From NCBI GenBank assembly GCA_965216755.1, contig CBDCGL010000011.1, positions 1,248,001 to 1,312,000 on the forward strand: a DNA stretch of 64,000 nt, in the 5' to 3' direction. Origin of the DNA: Alphaproteobacteria bacterium. GTDB taxonomy: Bacteria > Pseudomonadota > Alphaproteobacteria > UBA7887. Shown one piece after another: positions 58,949-64,000 of the stretch. Both the position numbers and the translations under genes were made by a program. Every line of letters starts with the position of its first letter. The first letter of the stretch is position 1. The notes under the pieces are model-generated. The model did not search any database and was not told where the DNA came from. It worked only from the letters and a program-made list of their open reading frames with translations.

Positions 58949-59713
58949 ATGTCTCGCCGAAGACAAATTTACGAGGGCAAAGCAAAGGTCCTGTTCGAAG
59001 GGCCAGAACCGGGCACATTGGTCCAATATTTCAAGGACGATGCCACGGCCCATAACAACAAGAAGCGCGGCACGATCACAGGCAAAGGCGTGCTCAACAA
59101 TAGAATCTCCGAGTATCTGATGACACGTCTTGGAGAAATTGGAATTCCGACACACTTCGTGCGTCGACTCAACATGCGGGAGCAGTTGATCAAGGAAGTG
59201 GAGATCATTCCAATCGAGGTCGTGGTCCGAAACGTGGCCGCCGGATCGTTTACGAACCGCTTTGGGTTGCCGGAGGGATCGGCACTACCACGCTCCATCG
59301 TCGAATATTACTACAAATCCGACGAGCTCGATGACCCGATGGTTGCCGAAGAGCATATCACCGCATTTGGTTGGGCAACACCGCAGGAGCTCGACGAAAT
59401 GTTGTCGATGTCCTTGCGGATCAATGACTTCATCTCGGGTTTGTTGTTTGGATTGGGGATCCGCTTGGTCGACTTCAAGCTCGAATTTGGTCGGCTCTAC
59501 GAGAGCGATGATATGCGTGTTGTTTTGGCCGACGAGATTAGCCCGGACAATTGTCGACTTTGGGACACAAAAACGAATGAAAAGCTGGACAAAGACCGAT
59601 TTCGGCGCGATTTAGACCGGGTCGAGGAAGCGTATCAAGAAGTCGCGCGCCGTCTCGGAATCTTGCCGGAAGGCGGACCACGCGACCTCAAAGGGCCGGA
59701 GACGATGCAGTAG
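58949..59713 (+). CDS. purC: SAICAR synthetase
   Basis: [42 protein letters not shown]. Confidence 0.97.
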   Translation: MSRRRQIYEGKAKVLFEGPEPGTLVQYFKDDATAHNNKKRGTITGKGVLNNRISEYLMTRLGEIGIPTHFVRRLNMREQLIKEVEIIPIEVVVRNVAAGSFTNRFGLPEGSALPRSIVEYYYKSDELDDPMVAEEHITAFGWATPQELDEMLSMSLRINDFISGLLFGLGIRLVDFKLEFGRLYESDDMRVVLADEISPDNCRLWDTKTNEKLDKDRFRRDLDRVEEAYQEVARRLGILPEGGPRDLKGPETMQ

Positions 59714-59734
59714 GCTTTTGAGGAGCGAGATTCT

Positions 59735-59974
59735 GTGAAAGCCGTCGTCCACATCACTCTCAAGAACGGTGTCTTGGATCCCGAGGGAAAAGCGATTCAA
59801 AACGCCTTGCATGCGCTTGGTTTCGACGACGTCAACAATGTTCGTCAAGGCAAAGTTATCGAACTGACGATAAACGAGGCCAGTCCGGCGCAGGCGCGTG
59901 CCACCGTTGAAGCTATGTGCACCAAGCTGCTCGCGAACACGGTCATCGAGGACTATCGAATCGATCTTGAATAA
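59735..59974 (+). CDS. purS: FGAM synthase subunit PurS
   Basis: LK.GVLDPEG, VRQGK, LLANTVIEDY. Confidence 0.96.
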   Translation: MKAVVHITLKNGVLDPEGKAIQNALHALGFDDVNNVRQGKVIELTINEASPAQARATVEAMCTKLLANTVIEDYRIDLE

Positions 59975-59995
59975 ACCAAAGTCCGGATCGGACGA

Positions 59996-60685
59996 TTGAA
60001 ATCCGCGGTTATTGTTTTTCCAGGCTCGAATTGCGATCGAGACGTCGCGGTTGCCTTGGCCGAAAGTCTTGGGCGCGCACCTGAAATGGTGTGGCATGGC
60101 TGGACCGAACTCCCCCCGGTCGATCTCATTGTTTTGCCTGGCGGCTTTTCGTATGGCGACTATTTGCGCGCGGGCGCGATGTCTGCGCATTCACCTATAA
60201 TGCGGGCCGTGATCGCACGCGCCGATGATGGTGTCCCAGTCCTCGGCATCTGCAACGGCTTTCAAATCTTGACCGAGTGCGGACTGCTTCCCGGCGTATT
60301 GATGCGGAACCAGAATCTTCGTTTTCTTTGCCACGATGTGTCCTTGCGAGTCGAAATCAACGACACACGATTTACCCATCGCTATCGCGAAGGCGAAGTT
60401 ATTCGCGTACCAATCGCCCACAATGATGGCAATTACCAAGCCGATTCGGACACGTTGGAGCGGCTGGAAGGCGACGGACGCGTTGCGTTTCGGTATTGCT
60501 TCCCGGACGGAACTGTGGGCGCAAAGTCGGCGCCAAATGGCGCTCGAAACGCCATCGCAGGAATCGTCGATGAAAACCGCACAATATTGGGCATGATGCC
60601 GCATCCGGAACGCGCGGTTGAACCAGCGCTCGGCGGAACAGATGGTCGCCGACTATTCGAATCGCTCGTGGATACCCTGTCTTGA
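59996..60685 (+). CDS. purQ: FGAM synthase subunit PurQ
   Basis: [33 protein letters not shown]. Confidence 0.97.
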   Translation: MKSAVIVFPGSNCDRDVAVALAESLGRAPEMVWHGWTELPPVDLIVLPGGFSYGDYLRAGAMSAHSPIMRAVIARADDGVPVLGICNGFQILTECGLLPGVLMRNQNLRFLCHDVSLRVEINDTRFTHRYREGEVIRVPIAHNDGNYQADSDTLERLEGDGRVAFRYCFPDGTVGAKSAPNGARNAIAGIVDENRTILGMMPHPERAVEPALGGTDGRRLFESLVDTLS

Positions 60686-62853
60686 CAAAGGTAAATGCCG
60701 AGCTGGCCGCTGGAATGGGCTTGAGCGCAGATGAGTTCAAACGCGTCTGCGAGATCCTCGGGCGGATCCCAAACGTCACTGAACTTGGCCTTTTCTCGGC
60801 CATGTGGAGCGAGCATTGTTCATACAAGTCGTCACGGATCTGGTTGAGGACACTGCCGACTGAGGCGCCGTGGGTGATTTGTGGCCCCGGGGAAAACGCG
60901 GGTGTCATCGATATTGGCGATGGTCGGGCCGCCATCTTCAAGATGGAGAGCCACAACCATCCCTCCTACATCGAGCCGTATCAGGGCGCGGCAACGGGCG
61001 TCGGTGGCATCCTGCGCGATGTTTTCACCATGGGCGCGCGCCCCGTCGCCAATCTGAACTGCTTGCGTTTTGGTCGGCCAGATCATCCGCGCAGCCGCCA
61101 TCTGGTTGCGGGCGTCGTGGCCGGTATCGGCGGCTATGGCAATTGCATTGGCGTGCCCACGGTCGGCGGCGAGGTGAGTTTCGATAGCCGCTATGACGGC
61201 AATATTCTGGTCAATGCCATGACCGTGGGCATTGCCGATTCCGACCGAATTTTCTACGCCAAGGCCACGGGGGTCGGCAGCCCGGTGGTTTATGTCGGAT
61301 CGAAGACCGGGCGCGACGGCATTCACGGCGCCACCATGGCTTCGGCGGCTTTTGCGGAGGATTCAGAGGAGAAGCGGCCGACCGTGCAGGTAGGTGACCC
61401 CTTTACCGAAAAGCTGTTGCTGGAAGCTTGCTTGGAGCTGATGGCGACCGACGCGATTATCGGTATTCAGGACATGGGCGCGGCCGGCCTGACGTCATCG
61501 TCCATCGAAATGGCCGCCAAGGGCGAAGGCGGCATTGTTTTGAACTTGGATCGTGTGCCGGTGCGTGAAGACGGCATGAGTCCCTATGAGATAATGCTGT
61601 CTGAAAGCCAAGAGCGCATGCTGATGGTGTTGCGTCCGGGCCAAGAGGAGACGGCGCGGCGGATCTTCGAAAAGTGGGGCTTGGATGTCTCTGTGATCGG
61701 GTCCGTGACCGACACGGGCCGCATGGTCTTGCGCGTTGGCGATGAGGTTGTCGCCGATGCGCCCATCGAGCCCCTGGCAGAGGGCGTACGCTATGAACGC
61801 CCGTGGCAACGCCCGCAGACGCCACGTCCCCTGCCCGATCTACTGGCCGCCGAGCCGTTGGTCGCCCTAGAGGGCATGCTGGCGGGCCCTGATCTCTGCG
61901 GGCGGCGCTGGGTATGGGAACAATATGACCATATGGTCATGGCCGACACAGTCCAGCGCCCTGGTGGCGACGCCGCGGTCGTGCGCGTGCACGGCACGAA
62001 GAAAGGCCTGGCGATAGCCACGGATTGTACGCCACGCTATTGCGAAGCCGATCCCGAATTGGGTGGTGCACAGGCAGTTGCCGAGTGCTGGCGAAACCTC
62101 ACCGCGGTCGGCGCGCGGCCGCTGGCTATCACCGACTGCCTCAATTTCGGCAACCCGGAACGGCCGCACGTGATGGGTCAATTTGTGCTTGCGTTGAGAG
62201 GTATGAAAGAGGCTTGCAAAGCCCTTGATTTCCCCGTCATTTCCGGAAATGTGTCGTTCTATAACGAGACCGAGGGCCGCAATATTCCACCAACACCACA
62301 GATCGGTGGTGTTGGATTGTTGGACGACGTGTCAGGAATGGTCGACTTGGCCGTCCGACAAACTGGCGACAGCCTGATTATGATCGGGCGCGACGGGGCT
62401 CATCTCGGACAATCGCTTTATGCGCGCCACTTGATTTGTGAAGACCTTGGCACCCCGCCTAACCTCAACCTGGACGACGAAAGGCGTTATGGCGATTTTG
62501 TACGAGCGTTGATCGGTGCCGGTCGCGTTTCGGCGTGTCACGATATTTCGGACGGCGGCTTGCTTGTCGCGGCGGCCGAAATGGCCATGGCTGGTGATAT
62601 CGGCCTCGCATTCGACACGGAATTCGATATCGGTCAATTGTTTGGTGAGGATCAGGCCCGGTATCTTGTCGCAGCGGCACCGGACTCCGCGGATGCTATA
62701 ATTCGCGATGCGCTTTGTGCAGGGTTGACGGTGAAGCGGATTGCGACGGCCGGTGGCGACGCGTTGACACTACCTGGCGCCGGTGCCATATCGGTAGCCG
62801 ATTTGCGTGCAGCGCATGAACGCTGGTTCCCGGCTTACATGGCACGTGCCTAA
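60682..62853 (+). CDS. purL: FGAM synthase subunit PurL
   Basis: [39 protein letters not shown]. Confidence 0.97.
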   Translation: MTKVNAELAAGMGLSADEFKRVCEILGRIPNVTELGLFSAMWSEHCSYKSSRIWLRTLPTEAPWVICGPGENAGVIDIGDGRAAIFKMESHNHPSYIEPYQGAATGVGGILRDVFTMGARPVANLNCLRFGRPDHPRSRHLVAGVVAGIGGYGNCIGVPTVGGEVSFDSRYDGNILVNAMTVGIADSDRIFYAKATGVGSPVVYVGSKTGRDGIHGATMASAAFAEDSEEKRPTVQVGDPFTEKLLLEACLELMATDAIIGIQDMGAAGLTSSSIEMAAKGEGGIVLNLDRVPVREDGMSPYEIMLSESQERMLMVLRPGQEETARRIFEKWGLDVSVIGSVTDTGRMVLRVGDEVVADAPIEPLAEGVRYERPWQRPQTPRPLPDLLAAEPLVALEGMLAGPDLCGRRWVWEQYDHMVMADTVQRPGGDAAVVRVHGTKKGLAIATDCTPRYCEADPELGGAQAVAECWRNLTAVGARPLAITDCLNFGNPERPHVMGQFVLALRGMKEACKALDFPVISGNVSFYNETEGRNIPPTPQIGGVGLLDDVSGMVDLAVRQTGDSLIMIGRDGAHLGQSLYARHLICEDLGTPPNLNLDDERRYGDFVRALIGAGRVSACHDISDGGLLVAAAEMAMAGDIGLAFDTEFDIGQLFGEDQARYLVAAAPDSADAIIRDALCAGLTVKRIATAGGDALTLPGAGAISVADLRAAHERWFPAYMARA

Positions 62854-62872
62854 TTGGCAAGGAGACGACCCC

Positions 62873-63112
62873 ATGGCGATGGACGCGACCGAGATAGAGC
62901 GACTGATCCGTGAGGCTTTGCCAGATGCCGAGGTGCACATAGAGGACCTTCGCGGCGACGGGGACCATTACGCGGCCTATGTCGTGGCGGCCGCGTTTAA
63001 AGGGAAGACACGCGTCCAACAGCACCAGATGGTTTATCAAGCCCTGCAAGGCGCCATGGGCGGCGCGCTTCACGCGCTAGCCTTGCAAACAGCGGTACCC
63101 GAGGACGCCTGA
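62873..63112 (+). CDS. bolA: BolA family protein
   Basis: GDGDHY, F.GK.RVQQHQMVY, LHAL.L.T; AAGGAG RBS. Confidence 0.92.
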   Translation: MAMDATEIERLIREALPDAEVHIEDLRGDGDHYAAYVVAAAFKGKTRVQQHQMVYQALQGAMGGALHALALQTAVPEDA

Positions 63113-63182
63113 ATCTGGTGTATATTGGACCACAATACAACGCAGCCCAAGAAGGCGGCATGAGGATATCGAGGAGTGATCG

Positions 63183-63530
63183 ATGACGACCACGGAAACC
63201 AATCCGGCTTTTGAACGGATTGACAAAGAAGTAAAAGACAATCAAGTGCTGCTGTTCATGAAGGGCACGCCGGTGTTTCCGCAGTGCGGCTTTTCCGCGC
63301 TGGCGGTTCAGGTGCTCAGCCATATGGGCGTCAAATTCAAGAGCATCGACGTGTTGAATGAACCCACGATCCGTCAGGGCATCAAGGACTACAGCAATTG
63401 GCCGACCATCCCCCAGCTCTATGTTGCGGGCGAGTTTGTTGGCGGGTCGGATATCATTCGGGAGATGTTCGAGAACGGCGAACTCAAACAGATGCTCGAC
63501 GACAAGGGTGTCGAAACCACGGTCGAGTAG
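63183..63530 (+). CDS. grxD: Monothiol glutaredoxin Grx4
   Basis: LFMKGTP.FPQCGFS, WPTIPQLY, GGSDI. Confidence 0.95.
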   Translation: MTTTETNPAFERIDKEVKDNQVLLFMKGTPVFPQCGFSALAVQVLSHMGVKFKSIDVLNEPTIRQGIKDYSNWPTIPQLYVAGEFVGGSDIIREMFENGELKQMLDDKGVETTVE

Positions 63531-63557
63531 GCCCGACAATCGCGCATTGAAAGTTAA

Positions 63558-63590
63558 CAGAATGGCTCGGTCTTGACCGAGCCGTTTCTG
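63558..63590. terminator. Hairpin between convergent genes (likely bidirectional terminator)
   Basis: CAGAATGGCTCGGTC..GACCGAGCCGTTTCTG. Confidence 0.6.
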
Positions 63591-63603
63591 TCTCAGCCTA
63601 ACC

Positions 63604-64000
63604 TTATCTCGGGATCAACTGAGCCCGGAAGAATGCGACATTGATGATCAGGCCAGGCAACAGCCACTGAAAGAGTCGGACCATGTTCAAGATCTCAGCC
63701 AGCGACGCATCGCGCGTGGCGGCACTTTGCAATGTCGCGCTACGTAAAGCGCCCGGATTCGGCAGCATCCGCGTTTCCGCAACGAACGCATCATGAAGGT
63801 TCGTGACTAATTCCTCATAACCGGCCGTGCCGATGTGGCAGCGTAGATCCTGCCATGCAAGAGCAAAATAACTCGGCCATCGCGCAAGTGCGCGGTAGTC
63901 GGTGTTCACAAATGGCAAGCCCAAGTGCGATTTGATGTCGTCATAGACCGCCCGGGTCGGCGCATCGACATGATGCGATTCCATAAGCAGAAATGGCACG
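63604..64000 (-). CDS. DehI-family (D,L-2-haloacid dehalogenase-like) protein, 3' part
   Basis: VYDDIK..LGLPFVNTDYRALARWPSY; 5' end lies beyond the window. Confidence 0.75.
   Translation of the reverse strand, partial: VPFLLMESHHVDAPTRAVYDDIKSHLGLPFVNTDYRALARWPSYFALAWQDLRCHIGTAGYEELVTNLHDAFVAETRMLPNPGALRSATLQSAATRDASLAEILNMVRLFQWLLPGLIINVAFFRAQLIPR

Overview
GC-rich alphaproteobacterial chromosome segment; the lineage call rests on the DUF1476/ATPase-zeta gene and the pur cluster. The ends are housekeeping: radC-map-sfsA-cinA-like plus tRNA-Leu(TAA) on the left, and mtnA, purB, purCSQL, bolA and grxD on the right. After tRNA-Leu lies an island with no visible integrase. It carries a proteasome-beta-like Ntn hydrolase facing a SocA/Panacea-like gene, a 1700-aa nuclease-STAND (Avs-like) defence candidate, an IS21, and cargo genes bracketed by 87-bp diverged direct repeats. 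At about 28-44 kb is a periplasmic redox cluster: SoxF/FccB, variant SoxYZ, IorAB, a cytochrome c, and the most striking locus. That locus is an operon in which a split b6-type cytochrome b (heme-ci Cys) and a subunit-IV/heme-c fusion, with no Rieske gene, precede haoA-haoB. This HaoA keeps the P460 cross-link Tyr but lacks the distal catalytic Asp. Also present are a CTAG-ended MITE family with compensatory base changes, a 26-bp perfect inverted repeat and a cytochrome P460-family (c'-beta-Met-like) gene. No CRISPR, rRNA or reverse transcriptase was seen. All calls come from motif recognition by eye; no database searches were run.
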